From: Candidatus Palauibacter rhopaloidicola
GTDB lineage: Bacteria > Gemmatimonadota > Gemmatimonadetes > Palauibacterales > Palauibacteraceae
Direction: 5' to 3'
NCBI GenBank assembly: GCA_026914155.1
Contig: JAPPGH010000063.1
Coordinates: 34,283-98,282, forward strand
DNA: 64,000 nt
Position 1 is the first letter of the stretch; each line of letters starts with the position of its first letter. The notes beneath the pieces were generated by a model. The model made no database searches, was not told the DNA's origin, and was given only the letters and a program-made list of their open reading frames with translations. Positions 19,473 to 27,966 of the stretch are shown one piece after another. Made by a program: the position numbers and the translations under genes.

Positions 19473-20573
19473 TCAGTAGGAGAGGCCCTCCTGTTGCGCG
19501 AGGTCCTTCACCTTCTTCAGGCCCTCGCCGGAGAGGTCGGGGGTCTCCACGACCACCTTGACGAGCTGGTCGCCGCGGTTCTCGCCGCGCCGGATGCCCT
19601 GGCCGCGGATTCGGAACGTGGTGCCGCTCTGAGTACCCGGCGGGATCCTGAGCACGACCTTGTTCCCGCCGATCGTCCTCACCTTGACCTTTGAGCCGAG
19701 AATTGCCTGCGCGACGTTGATCGGCACCTCGCAGGCGAGGTCGAGCCCGTCCCGCGTGAAGAAGCGGTCGGGGTCGACCTGGAACTTGATGACGAGATCT
19801 CCCGGGGGGCCGCCGCCCGGACCGCGCTCGCCCTTGCCGGAGATGCGGACGCGCGAACCGTTCTCGACTCCCGCGGGCACCTTGACGCTGAGCTTGCGCC
19901 GCGTGTTCACCCGGCCGCGCCCGGAGCAACTCGAGCACGGCGTCTCCGGCACCATCCCGCGGCCCACGCACACGGGGCACGGGCGACTGACGGAGAACCC
20001 GCCCTGCCCGAACGTGACTTCGCCCCGGCCCTCGCACTCGGGGCAGCGTTTCAGCGACGTGCCGGGCGCGGCGCCGTCCCCGTCGCACGTCGCGCACTCC
20101 TCGGTGATGTCCACCGCGACCGAGACCCGGCCGCCGCGCGCCGCCGTGCGGAGTGGAACCGTGCGGAGGTATTCGACGTTGCGGCCCCGCTTCGGCCCCT
20201 CCTTCTCCGGCTTCGCCTTCTTCCCGAAATCGAAGATCGAAGAGAAGATGCCGCCGATGCCGCCCAGGTCGGACAGGTCCTCGAACTTGAAGTTGCCCGC
20301 CCCCCCGGGGGCTCCGCCCGGCTGGCCGGGCCCGAACGCTCCGAGGCCTCCGTACTTCCGCACGCGGTCGTACTTCTTGCGCTTGTCGGGATCGGAGAGG
20401 ACGCCGTGCGCCTCCGACACCTCCTTGAACTTCTCCGTCGACTTCGGATCGCCCGCGTTCGCGTCCGGGTGGTGCTCCTTCGCGAGCTTGCGGTAGGCCT
20501 TCCGGATCTCGTCCGCGCTCGCGTTCTCGGCGACCCCGAGAATCTTGTAGTAGTCCTTCGCCTGCGTCGCCAT
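19473..20573 (-). CDS. dnaJ: molecular chaperone DnaJ
   Basis: J-domain DYYKILGV...HPD, a G/F-rich linker, four CxxCxGxG zinc-finger repeats ([32 protein letters not shown]) and the C-terminal domains. Confidence 0.95.
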   Translation of the reverse strand: MATQAKDYYKILGVAENASADEIRKAYRKLAKEHHPDANAGDPKSTEKFKEVSEAHGVLSDPDKRKKYDRVRKYGGLGAFGPGQPGGAPGGAGNFKFEDLSDLGGIGGIFSSIFDFGKKAKPEKEGPKRGRNVEYLRTVPLRTAARGGRVSVAVDITEECATCDGDGAAPGTSLKRCPECEGRGEVTFGQGGFSVSRPCPVCVGRGMVPETPCSSCSGRGRVNTRRKLSVKVPAGVENGSRVRISGKGERGPGGGPPGDLVIKFQVDPDRFFTRDGLDLACEVPINVAQAILGSKVKVRTIGGNKVVLRIPPGTQSGTTFRIRGQGIRRGENRGDQLVKVVVETPDLSGEGLKKVKDLAQQEGLSY

Positions 20574-20577
20574 CGGA

Positions 20578-21225
20578 TCAGGAGGCGTCGGCTTCGTGGC
20601 GGTAGACCGTGACGCGCGCGGGTCGGAGCAGCCGGTCGCCGAGCCGGTATCCGATGAGGACGACGTGCGATACGAGTTCGTCCTGCTCCGGGTCGTGGGT
20701 CGGGGTCATCATGAGCGCGTCGTGGAGGTTGGGGTCGAAGCGCTCGTTCACGGGGTTCACGGGCTCCACTCCGGTGTCGGAGAGCAGCTTCGCGAACTTC
20801 CGGGCCACCAGCCCGATCCCCTCGTGCAGCGCCTCCGTCGTCGTGCCCTCGAGCGGCGTCTCGGCCACGCGCTGCAGGTCGTCCATCAGCTCGAGCAGTT
20901 GGCCGGCGAGGTCCGCACGCGCCCGCTCTCCCGCATCGCCCAACTCGCGCCTGGTCCGGCGCCGGAAGTTGTCGAACTCCGCCGCGAGCCGGAGGTGGCG
21001 GTCCTGCAGCGCCGCGAGTTCACCCGCCCGCCCGGGGTCCTCGCCGGACTCGGGCGGGCGGACCTCGTCTACGTGCCCGGGCGTGTCCAGGGCCTCCTCG
21101 GGCGCGTGCCGTTCGGCGGCGTCCCCGGAGGCCTCCGATGCGGCAGCCTCCGGAGCGGTATCTTCCGGAGCGGCATCCGCCGGCGCCGCGCCCTCCATCT
21201 CCTGCTCCAGGTCCTTCGTTCCCAT
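20578..21225 (-). CDS. grpE: nucleotide exchange factor GrpE
   Basis: Within ORF 20578..21504. From ATG 21225: acidic N-terminus, [16 protein letters not shown], and [10 protein letters not shown]...V.GY.L.DRLLRPA.V.V, the GrpE signature. The upstream part of the track ORF overlaps pncC and is not coding. Confidence 0.92.
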   Translation of the reverse strand: MGTKDLEQEMEGAAPADAAPEDTAPEAAASEASGDAAERHAPEEALDTPGHVDEVRPPESGEDPGRAGELAALQDRHLRLAAEFDNFRRRTRRELGDAGERARADLAGQLLELMDDLQRVAETPLEGTTTEALHEGIGLVARKFAKLLSDTGVEPVNPVNERFDPNLHDALMMTPTHDPEQDELVSHVVLIGYRLGDRLLRPARVTVYRHEADAS

Positions 21226-21247
21226 CGAATATCCTCGAGTCTGCTCG

Positions 21248-21733
21248 TCAGAGCCGTGAATCCAGCCAGCGCATCGCTTCGAGCGCGGCCGCTTCCCGGA
21301 TCTCGTCCCGGCTCCCCCCGAAGCGGTGGCGCCGCGCGTCGCGTGTGAGTCCGTCGTGGGCGATCCAGACCGTGCCCACGGGTTTGTCGGCGGATCCGCC
21401 CGTGGGCCCGGCGATCCCCGTGACCGCGATGGACCAGGTGCTCTCCGCCACGCGCCGCGCCCCGGCGGCCATCTCCTCCGCCACGGCCCGCGAGACGGCG
21501 CCATGCCGGCGGAGCGACGCTTCCGACACGTTCAGCAGCGCCCGCTTGGCGGCGTCATCGTAGCTTATCAGCCCACCCCACAAAACCTCCGAAGCGCCGG
21601 GAACGGCGGTGAGGGCGGCGCCGATCAGGCCGCCCGTGCAACTCTCGGCGAGCGCCAGCGTGTGATCCCTCTCCCGCAGGCCCTCGATGAGCGCCGCGGC
21701 CGCCTCGAACAGCGACGGGTGGCGCTTACGAAT
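21248..21733 (-). CDS. pncC: nicotinamide-nucleotide amidohydrolase (CinA C-terminal domain, PncC)
   Basis: The track ORF (TTG 21583) begins mid-domain. My in-frame translation upstream gives IRKRHPSLFEAAAALIEGLRERDHTLALAESCTGGLIGAALTAVPGASEVLWGG..., the conserved CinA-C N-terminus, with no ATG/GTG/TTG before the stop at 21775..21773. The 5' end is drawn at ATT 21733. Confidence 0.75.
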   Translation of the reverse strand: MRKRHPSLFEAAAALIEGLRERDHTLALAESCTGGLIGAALTAVPGASEVLWGGLISYDDAAKRALLNVSEASLRRHGAVSRAVAEEMAAGARRVAESTWSIAVTGIAGPTGGSADKPVGTVWIAHDGLTRDARRHRFGGSRDEIREAAALEAMRWLDSRL

Positions 21734-22460
21734 GGCGCCCCGCCATGACGCGCGAGAACATGCCCAGGTAGGTCACGGCGGAGGCCAGGGTAAGGAGCAC
21801 GGCGAGGGTGAGAAACGTCGTCGTGAACCAGCCGTGGAACGCCGAGAACGCCTGCCACGCCCAGCCGCCGGGGGCCACGAAGCCGGGGGTCAGGAACGCC
21901 ACCCAGAGAATGGCGGAGCCGATGAAGATGTTCTGCGCGAGCGCCTTCCTCTTGCCCAGGATCTGCGCCGCGACGATCCGGCCGCGACGCGCGGCGAGGG
22001 ACCGGAGCAGCGTGATGAGCGCTTCGCGCCCCAGGAAGATGACGATGGCCCAGAGCGGGATGACGCGGAACAAGGGGAGAGAGGGCGTTCCCGCCTGCCC
22101 GAGATTGATGGTGTAGATGGGGATGAGGGCGGCGACGAGCAGCAGCTTGTCGGCCAGCGGGTCGATCATCTTGCCGAAGGACGTGACCTCGCCGCGGGCC
22201 CGGGCCAGGTGTCCGTCCCACAGGTCCGAGAGCGCGGCGACGACGAACACGACGAACGCGATCATGCGGGGCGCCGGCCGGGGCTGCAGGAGCAGCGCCG
22301 TCACAACGGGGGCCGCGAGGATCCTGCCCGTGGTAATCGCGTTCGGGAGATTCAGTGTGGGTCTCCGCCCTCTAGTCTGGTTTCGTCGCTCGCGAGCACG
22401 CTCTCGAGACTCTCCAGGACCGCCGCGGCGCGCTTGCGGAGGAGCGGCCGCTCCTCCCAT
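21726..22460 (-). CDS. pgsA: CDP-diacylglycerol--glycerol-3-phosphate 3-phosphatidyltransferase
   Basis: CDP-alcohol phosphatidyltransferase motif DLWDGHLARARGEVTSFGKMIDPLADK. The family N-terminus NLPNAITTGRIL begins at codon 37. The ATG 22460 start overlaps the upstream gene by 109 nt (see finding). pgsA-cinA adjacency is a conserved pairing. Confidence 0.88.
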   Translation of the reverse strand: MGGAAAPPQARRGGPGESRERARERRNQTRGRRPTLNLPNAITTGRILAAPVVTALLLQPRPAPRMIAFVVFVVAALSDLWDGHLARARGEVTSFGKMIDPLADKLLLVAALIPIYTINLGQAGTPSLPLFRVIPLWAIVIFLGREALITLLRSLAARRGRIVAAQILGKRKALAQNIFIGSAILWVAFLTPGFVAPGGWAWQAFSAFHGWFTTTFLTLAVLLTLASAVTYLGMFSRVMAGRHS

Positions 22461-22705
22461 GCCAGATAGTCTCTCAGCAGCGGCAGATCGTCCACCGACG
22501 GGTGCGATCTCAGATATCCGAGCGCCGCCAGGCGTCGGAGCGGGTGCGGACTGAACAGTTCGCGCCGGTGGCGCCGCATCTGGTCTCGCGCGAGATAGAT
22601 CCCGAGGCCGACGGCCGCGGCGGCGCCGAGCAGGGCCGCGGCCGCGATCTTCCAGCCCGTCGCGGAACGGCGGTCCGCGTCCTCGTATTCGATTCGAGTC
22701 GTCAT
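22352..22705 (-). CDS. hypothetical single-pass membrane protein with HEAT-like repeat
   Basis: 117 aa with a TM (WKIAAAALLGAAAAVGLGIYL), then LRRLAALGYLRSHPSVDDLPLLRDYLAWEERPLLRKRAAAVLESL, which resembles a HEAT/PBS-lyase-type helical repeat. Confidence 0.55.
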   Translation of the reverse strand: MTTRIEYEDADRRSATGWKIAAAALLGAAAAVGLGIYLARDQMRRHRRELFSPHPLRRLAALGYLRSHPSVDDLPLLRDYLAWEERPLLRKRAAAVLESLESVLASDETRLEGGDPH

Positions 22706-22712
22706 CGGTTCG

Positions 22713-23300
22713 CTACATCTCCCGTCGGCCGGCGAAGGCTTCGGCGATCGTCACCCCATCGGCGTACTCCAGGTCCCCCCCCACCGGCAGCCCGCGGGCG
22801 AGCCGCGTGACCGTGACGTCGGCGGCCGAGGCGAGCAGGCGCTGCAGGTACGTCGCCGTCGCCTCTCCCTCGACGCTCGCGTTCGTCGCGATGATCACCT
22901 CCCGCACCGGCGTGTCGAGACGCCGAAGCAGGGCCCGGATGTTCAGGTCTTCGGGTCCTACCCCATCGAGGGGGGACAACCGTCCGCCAAGTACATGATA
23001 CAGACCTCCGAAGTTCCCCGAGTTCTCGATCGCCGGAATGTCCGACGCTTCCTCCACGACGCACAACTGCCCGGGGTCGCGCCTCGGGCTGCGGCAGTAT
23101 TCGCACGGCTCCATGTCGCTGAGGTTGCCGCAGGCGCCGCACACGCGGACCTCCGCCGCGACCCGTTCTATGGCCCGCGCCAGCCGCCGGGAATCATCCT
23201 TCGAGCTCTTGAGGAGGTGATAGGTGAGCCTCCGCGCGGTCTTGCGGCCGATCCCGGGGAGCCGGGCGAGTTCGCCCACGAGCGCTTCGATCGCGTTCAC
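22713..23300 (-). CDS. recR: recombination mediator RecR
   Basis: 195 aa with the HhH LPGIGRKTARRLTYHL, Cys4 zinc finger C..CGNLSD..PCEYC and Toprim domain (VVEEASDIPAIE..., ATNASVEGEATA). Confidence 0.95.
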   Translation of the reverse strand: MNAIEALVGELARLPGIGRKTARRLTYHLLKSSKDDSRRLARAIERVAAEVRVCGACGNLSDMEPCEYCRSPRRDPGQLCVVEEASDIPAIENSGNFGGLYHVLGGRLSPLDGVGPEDLNIRALLRRLDTPVREVIIATNASVEGEATATYLQRLLASAADVTVTRLARGLPVGGDLEYADGVTIAEAFAGRREM

Positions 23301-23632
23301 GGACGGCCGAGGAAATTGCCCAGACCCGGCAGCGGCAGGCCGCCCGCCGCCTGGCGCATCTCGCTTTCCATTCGGTCCTTCGCCCGCCGCTGCGCCGCGG
23401 AGGCCGCGGCGACGATGAGGTCCTCGAGCATCTCGACCTCTTCCGGGTCGACCGCGGCGGGGTCGATGGAGACCCCCTTGATGTTGCCCTGGCCATCCAC
23501 CGTCACCTCGACCATCCCGCCGCCCGAAGCCGCCGTCATCGTCTCGCGCTCGAGCTTCTCCTGCATCTCGCTCATGCGCGACTGCATCTGCTGACTAAGT
23601 TGAATCAACCGCTGGATGTCTACTCCGTCCAC
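23297..23632 (-). CDS. YbaB/EbfC family nucleoid-associated protein
   Basis: 111 aa: QQMQSRMSEMQEKLE...ASGGGMVEVTVDGQGNIKGVSIDP..VDPE..EMLEDLIVAA. Classic position between dnaX and recR. Confidence 0.92.
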   Translation of the reverse strand: MDGVDIQRLIQLSQQMQSRMSEMQEKLERETMTAASGGGMVEVTVDGQGNIKGVSIDPAAVDPEEVEMLEDLIVAAASAAQRRAKDRMESEMRQAAGGLPLPGLGNFLGRP

Positions 23633-23642
23633 TCCGATTCTC

Positions 23643-25382
23643 CTACTCCTTCAGGGTGAGGTCGAGTTCCTTCACGGCTTCCTGGAGCTGCGGGTTTCCG
23701 TCGAGCATCCGCTCGACCCGCGACCGGGCCGCCTCCCCGGCCGTCATGCGGCCGCCGTTGTGGTCGACGATCGCGAACTTCACGGCCGGCAACCCAAGGC
23801 GTTCCGCGAGATTCGCGCGCAGGGGGCCGGAACGCGACTCGTCCTTGAACAGTTTCTCGAGTTCCTCCCGCAGTCCGGCCTGGACGCGGAGCCGGACTTC
23901 GTCATCCACGAGACCGTCAACCTCCGTGCCGTGCAGGGCCAGGCCGGACATTCCACCCAGCCCCGTCACCTCGGCGACCGCCGCGGTCCATGCGTCGCGG
24001 ACCCGGGCCGCCGCCCCGCCGGAACGGTCCGCCGGCGCCCTGCCGGAGGGCTCCGTCGGAGGCCCCCCAGGGGGAGGGCCGTCCTTGCCGGCCGCGGGCG
24101 GCGGAGGCTCCGGGGGCCTCGACGGGTTCGCGGGAACGGCCGGGGGCGGCGAAGGACGCCGCTCGCGCTGGCGACGGGGCGGCTCCGGCTCCCGCGTGCG
24201 CGACGCGGGCTCGCCAGCGGGGGCGCCCAGGGCGGCCAGGAGTTCCTCGAGTCCGACGGTCGATTCCATGCGGACGAGACGGAGCAGCAGAACCTCGAGC
24301 TGGATGCGCGGCTGCGAGGACCGGTGGAGCATGCCGGAGGCCTCGAACTCGCTGAGCGCCGCCAGCATCCTGAGCAGATCCGCGGGAACCAGGGCTCCGG
24401 CGGCGGCGAGGAAACGCTCGCGTGACTCGGGCAGGAGTTCGACCGCCTCGGCCTCCGGATCGAGCCTCAACACGAGGAGGGTTCGCAGCGCGTCGCCGAG
24501 TCCGCGCAGAAACTCCGCGGGGTCGTGCCCATCGTCGAGGAGGTCCTGGACGAAGGCGAACACCCCGGCCCGATCTCCGTTCGCCGCGATCTCGAAGAAG
24601 GCGAGATACCGATCTTCGTCGACGAGGCCGAGCATGCGGCGGACGTCCGCGAGTTCGACCGCGTCTCCCCGGAAGGAGAGCACCTGGTCGAGGGAGGAGA
24701 GCGCGTCGCGGACGCCGCCTTCGGCCCGGCGCGCGATCGCCCGCAGCGCCCCCGGTTCGGCCGGGATTCCCTCGGCCTCGAGCACCGTTTCCATGCGGCT
24801 CGCGATGTCCTGCACGGAGACCCGCCGGAAGTCGAATCGCTGGCACCGGGACATGACGGGAGCCGCGCCGCGCTCGATCTTCTGCGGCTCGGTGGTGGCG
24901 AAGGCGAAGATCACGCGGGGCGGCGGCTCCTCGAGGATCTTCAGGAGCGCGTTCCACGCGTCGCGCGTGAGCATGTGCGCTTCGTCGAGGATGTAGATCT
25001 TGTAGCGCTCCTCGCTCGTGGGCGCGTACGCGGCCCGGCGGCGGAGGTCCCGCGCATCCTCGACGCCCCGGTGGCTCGCCGCGTCGATTTCCACGACGTC
25101 GAGCGAGGCTCCCCCGGACCAGATCCGCTCGCACGAGGGGCAGGTGCCGCACGGTTCGCCGTCGGAGCGTTCGGGGCAATTCAGGGCCATCGCGAGGATG
25201 CGCGCGGTCGTCGTCTTCCCGACCCCGCGCGGGCCGCAGAAGAGATACGCGTGGCCGACCCGCCCGGACTCGATCGCGGCCTTCAGCGTGGGCGCGATGT
25301 GGTCCTGTCCGATCAGCTCCGAGAACCCTCGGGGCCGGTAGGTTCTGGCCAGCGCGGTGCGATACAGCGGCTCGTGAGCCAT
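23643..25382 (-). CDS. dnaX: DNA polymerase III subunit gamma/tau
   Basis: LYRTALARTYRPRGFSELIGQDHI, Walker A GPRGVGKTT, zinc module CPE...CGTCPSC and DEAHML. I prefer ATG 25382 (MAHEPLYR...), which matches the family N-terminus and clears the SRP RNA. The track ORF extends to 25472. Confidence 0.92.
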   Translation of the reverse strand: MAHEPLYRTALARTYRPRGFSELIGQDHIAPTLKAAIESGRVGHAYLFCGPRGVGKTTTARILAMALNCPERSDGEPCGTCPSCERIWSGGASLDVVEIDAASHRGVEDARDLRRRAAYAPTSEERYKIYILDEAHMLTRDAWNALLKILEEPPPRVIFAFATTEPQKIERGAAPVMSRCQRFDFRRVSVQDIASRMETVLEAEGIPAEPGALRAIARRAEGGVRDALSSLDQVLSFRGDAVELADVRRMLGLVDEDRYLAFFEIAANGDRAGVFAFVQDLLDDGHDPAEFLRGLGDALRTLLVLRLDPEAEAVELLPESRERFLAAAGALVPADLLRMLAALSEFEASGMLHRSSQPRIQLEVLLLRLVRMESTVGLEELLAALGAPAGEPASRTREPEPPRRQRERRPSPPPAVPANPSRPPEPPPPAAGKDGPPPGGPPTEPSGRAPADRSGGAAARVRDAWTAAVAEVTGLGGMSGLALHGTEVDGLVDDEVRLRVQAGLREELEKLFKDESRSGPLRANLAERLGLPAVKFAIVDHNGGRMTAGEAARSRVERMLDGNPQLQEAVKELDLTLKE

Positions 25383-25480
25383 CTGGGTCGGCCGGGTCAC
25401 GGCCCCGGCCGGCTTCGACTCCTTCGGGTCTGAGGGCGCCTGCGCCCCGCGACGCGGGGACGCCGCCGACATCGGGCGAA

Positions 25481-25580
25481 CGACCCCAGGCGGGCCGTGG
25501 CGACCGTCACACGCTTACCGCTGCTACCTTCACGGTCCTGACGGGATTTGCGCGCTCCGGCCCCACGGGCCTGGGGCACC
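25481..25580 (-). ncRNA. ffs: signal recognition particle RNA (small/4.5S type)
   Basis: The minus strand reads GGUGCCCCAGGCCCGUGG...CCCGUCAGGACC-GUGA-AGGUAGCAGCGG...CCACGGCCCGCCUGGGGUCG. This has the conserved domain IV motif (GUCAGG.CC-GNRA-AGG.AGCAGC) and 5'/3' ends that pair. The location upstream of dnaX is a widely conserved synteny. Confidence 0.85.
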
Positions 25581-25622
25581 GTTATCTTATCGGCCGACCG
25601 GGGCAGCGGCCAGAAAAAACCG

Positions 25623-25964
25623 TCATGCATCCTCGCCGTAGAAGGCTTCCGGGATGTGCCGGACGCGGCACCCTCCGCGGCGATCGACCTCCACCGCCAC
25701 GATGTCGAAGCGGGCCTCCGCGGCGGCGCCGGGATGCCGGCTGAGCCACGCTCCGGCCGCTCGACGGATTCTTCCGCGCTGGGCCCGGGAGAGGGCCTCC
25801 TCGGGCGCCTGCACGCCGGGGCGGCGGGTCTTCACCTCCACGAAGGCCACCGTGTCTCCGGTTCGGACGACCAGGTCGATCTCCAGCCGTCCCACACGCC
25901 AGTTGCGGTCGAGGATCTCGTACCCCTCATCCGCCAGATGACGCGCGGCGATGCGCTCTCCCAG
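25623..25964 (-). CDS. YraN family (UPF0102) endonuclease-like protein
   Basis: The track ORF starts at GTG 25895 (GRLEIDLVV..FVEVKTR..., the PD-(D/E)xK core). In-frame upstream is LGERIAARHLADEGYEILDRNWR, the conserved YraN N-terminus, with no canonical start. The 5' end is drawn at CTG 25964 and is uncertain. Confidence 0.75.
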   Translation of the reverse strand: MGERIAARHLADEGYEILDRNWRVGRLEIDLVVRTGDTVAFVEVKTRRPGVQAPEEALSRAQRGRIRRAAGAWLSRHPGAAAEARFDIVAVEVDRRGGCRVRHIPEAFYGEDA

Positions 25965-26010
25965 GCCGCCGAGGCCTCTCTTCGCCCCGGCCCGGACGCG
26001 CCGGGTCCGG

Positions 26011-27054
26011 TCAGCCGTGGGCGGGGACGCGGGCGCGCGCGATCCGGCGGCCGATGGCGTTCGCGATGGGGTGAAGCTCGACCATCAGCGCATCGAACTG
26101 CTCGAACGTGAGAGACTGCTGGCCATCCGACGCCGCCGTCGGGGGATCGGGGTGGACCTCCAGGATGAGCGCGTCCGCGCCCGCCGCGACCGCGGCCCGC
26201 GCCATCGGTCCGACTTTCGATCGCGCCCCCGTCCCGTGGCTGGGGTCCGCGACGACCGGAAGGTGCGACAGCTCGTGGATCGTCACGATGGCGGTGAGGT
26301 CGAACAGGTTCCGCGCGTGCGTGTCGAAGTTGCGGACGCCGCGCTCGCACAGCATCACCCGCGATTCACCCTCGGCGACGATGTACTCCGCGGCGAGCAG
26401 CAACTCCTTGATCGTCGCGGAGAGCCCCCGCTTGAGCAGAACCGGTTTGCCGGCGCGGCCCGCCGCCCGCAGCAGGGAGTAGTTCTGCATGTTCCGCGCG
26501 CCGATCTGGACGACATCGGTGTATTCCGCGACGAGGCCCATGCTCTCCGTGTCCAGCGCCTCGGTGACGATCGCGAGGCCCGTCTCCTCCCGCGCGCGTG
26601 CGAGCAACTGCAGCCCCTCTTCCCCCAGCCCCTGGAAGGAGTAGGGCGAGGTCCGCGGCTTGAAGGCTCCGCCGCGCAGCACGGTCGCCCCGGCTTCCGC
26701 GACCCGGTGCGCGGTCTCCAGAATCTGTTCGCGCGATTCCACGGAACACGGGCCGGCCATGACAACGATATCCTTCTCCCCGATCCGGACGCCGTTGGAC
26801 AGCTCGATGATCGTGTCCTCGGGCCACCATTCCCGGCTCACCTGCTTGTAGGGCGGCGACACGTGAATGACGCGGAGCACGCCCTCGATCCCCACGAGCC
26901 GGCTCTCTTCGACGCGTCCATCGTTGCCGACCAGGCCCACGGTCGTGCGCTGGGCGCCCGGCATGGGCCGGGCCCGGTATCCCATATCCTCGATCGCGCG
27001 GACCACGTCCCGGACCTGCCCGTCCGTGGCGCCGTGCTTCATGACCACCAGCAT
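26011..27054 (-). CDS. aroF: 3-deoxy-7-phosphoheptulonate (DAHP) synthase, type I-beta with N-terminal ferredoxin-like regulatory domain
   Basis: 347 aa: a short N-terminal ACT/FL-like domain ([26 protein letters not shown]), then [36 protein letters not shown] and DPSHG, the KDO8P/DAHP I-beta hallmarks. Confidence 0.9.
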   Translation of the reverse strand: MLVVMKHGATDGQVRDVVRAIEDMGYRARPMPGAQRTTVGLVGNDGRVEESRLVGIEGVLRVIHVSPPYKQVSREWWPEDTIIELSNGVRIGEKDIVVMAGPCSVESREQILETAHRVAEAGATVLRGGAFKPRTSPYSFQGLGEEGLQLLARAREETGLAIVTEALDTESMGLVAEYTDVVQIGARNMQNYSLLRAAGRAGKPVLLKRGLSATIKELLLAAEYIVAEGESRVMLCERGVRNFDTHARNLFDLTAIVTIHELSHLPVVADPSHGTGARSKVGPMARAAVAAGADALILEVHPDPPTAASDGQQSLTFEQFDALMVELHPIANAIGRRIARARVPAHG

Positions 27055-27165
27055 CGTTCCCCCTGTGGGTGACGTTCGCCCGTCGTGCGCGCGTCCGGCG
27101 CGGCAGGGCCGTGACCTCCGGACCGCTCCGCGCGGTGCCGGCAGGAGCAGGATACTCCACTGGTG

Positions 27166-27966
27166 TCACCTGTTCGTCAACGAGACCCGGAGCCCCTCCC
27201 TCGCGATGCACGCAGCCCCGGCGTATCCGGCCTCGGCCACGAGACGGGCGACATCGTGGCCCGTTCGGAAGTGCGGGTAGATGTGCGTCAGCACGAGAAG
27301 ACGCGGGCGCGCGGCGGCCGCCAGCTCGGCGACGCGGGCGGGCGACAGGTGGTTGTCCGCCGCCTGCGAATCGTGGAGCGAGCACTCGCAGACGAGGGCG
27401 CTCACGCCGCGCATGAACGAGCCCAGTTCCCTGGATGGCCCGGAGTCGCCCGTGTATCCGAAGCTGAACGCCCCGCCCTCGAGCCGCCACGCGACGCTCT
27501 CCTCGGTGTGCGGCGTCTTGTGGGCTTCGAGGCTGGGTCCTCCGCTCAGGCTGCGCGGCTCACCCGGCGCGAGTTCCTCGATGAGGACAGGGAAACCGGG
27601 ATCCAGGACGAAGTCCCCGTAGGCGCCCGCAAGCTTCTCGAGGAACTCGCGCGTGCCCGCGGGACCCCACACCGTGAGCGGCCGGACGCGGGGTCGGGCG
27701 AGGCCGTGTTTCAGCGCGAAGAAGAGTCCCGGGAGCGCGCCGACGTGATCCGCGTGAAAGTGGGTGATCGCGAGGTCGCTGATCTCCCCCCAGGGCAGGC
27801 CGAGGCGGGCGAGCGCCTGCACGGCTCCGGGACCGCAGTCGAAGAGGACGCGCGTATGAGCCGCGGATTCCGTGCCCGGGGACGACACCCAGTAGGAGGA
27901 GGCGGCCCGGTCCGCTTCCGGGACGACGGTACCGCACCCGACAACGATCAGTTCGGTTTCCCTCAC
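27166..27966 (-). CDS. MBL-fold metallo-hydrolase (RNase Z/BN-like)
   Basis: 266 aa with the HFHADH zinc motif, an upstream D.G.G pattern and a later H/D ligand pattern. It overlaps the smc stop by 4 nt. Confidence 0.8.
   Translation of the reverse strand: MRETELIVVGCGTVVPEADRAASSYWVSSPGTESAAHTRVLFDCGPGAVQALARLGLPWGEISDLAITHFHADHVGALPGLFFALKHGLARPRVRPLTVWGPAGTREFLEKLAGAYGDFVLDPGFPVLIEELAPGEPRSLSGGPSLEAHKTPHTEESVAWRLEGGAFSFGYTGDSGPSRELGSFMRGVSALVCECSLHDSQAADNHLSPARVAELAAAARPRLLVLTHIYPHFRTGHDVARLVAEAGYAGAACIAREGLRVSLTNR

Noticed and set aside
23643-25472. Programmed frameshift or slippage site in dnaX (gamma versus tau)
   Set aside because: I saw no A-rich slippery heptamer or long A-run on the coding strand. 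Absence by eye is not proof, but nothing supports a call.
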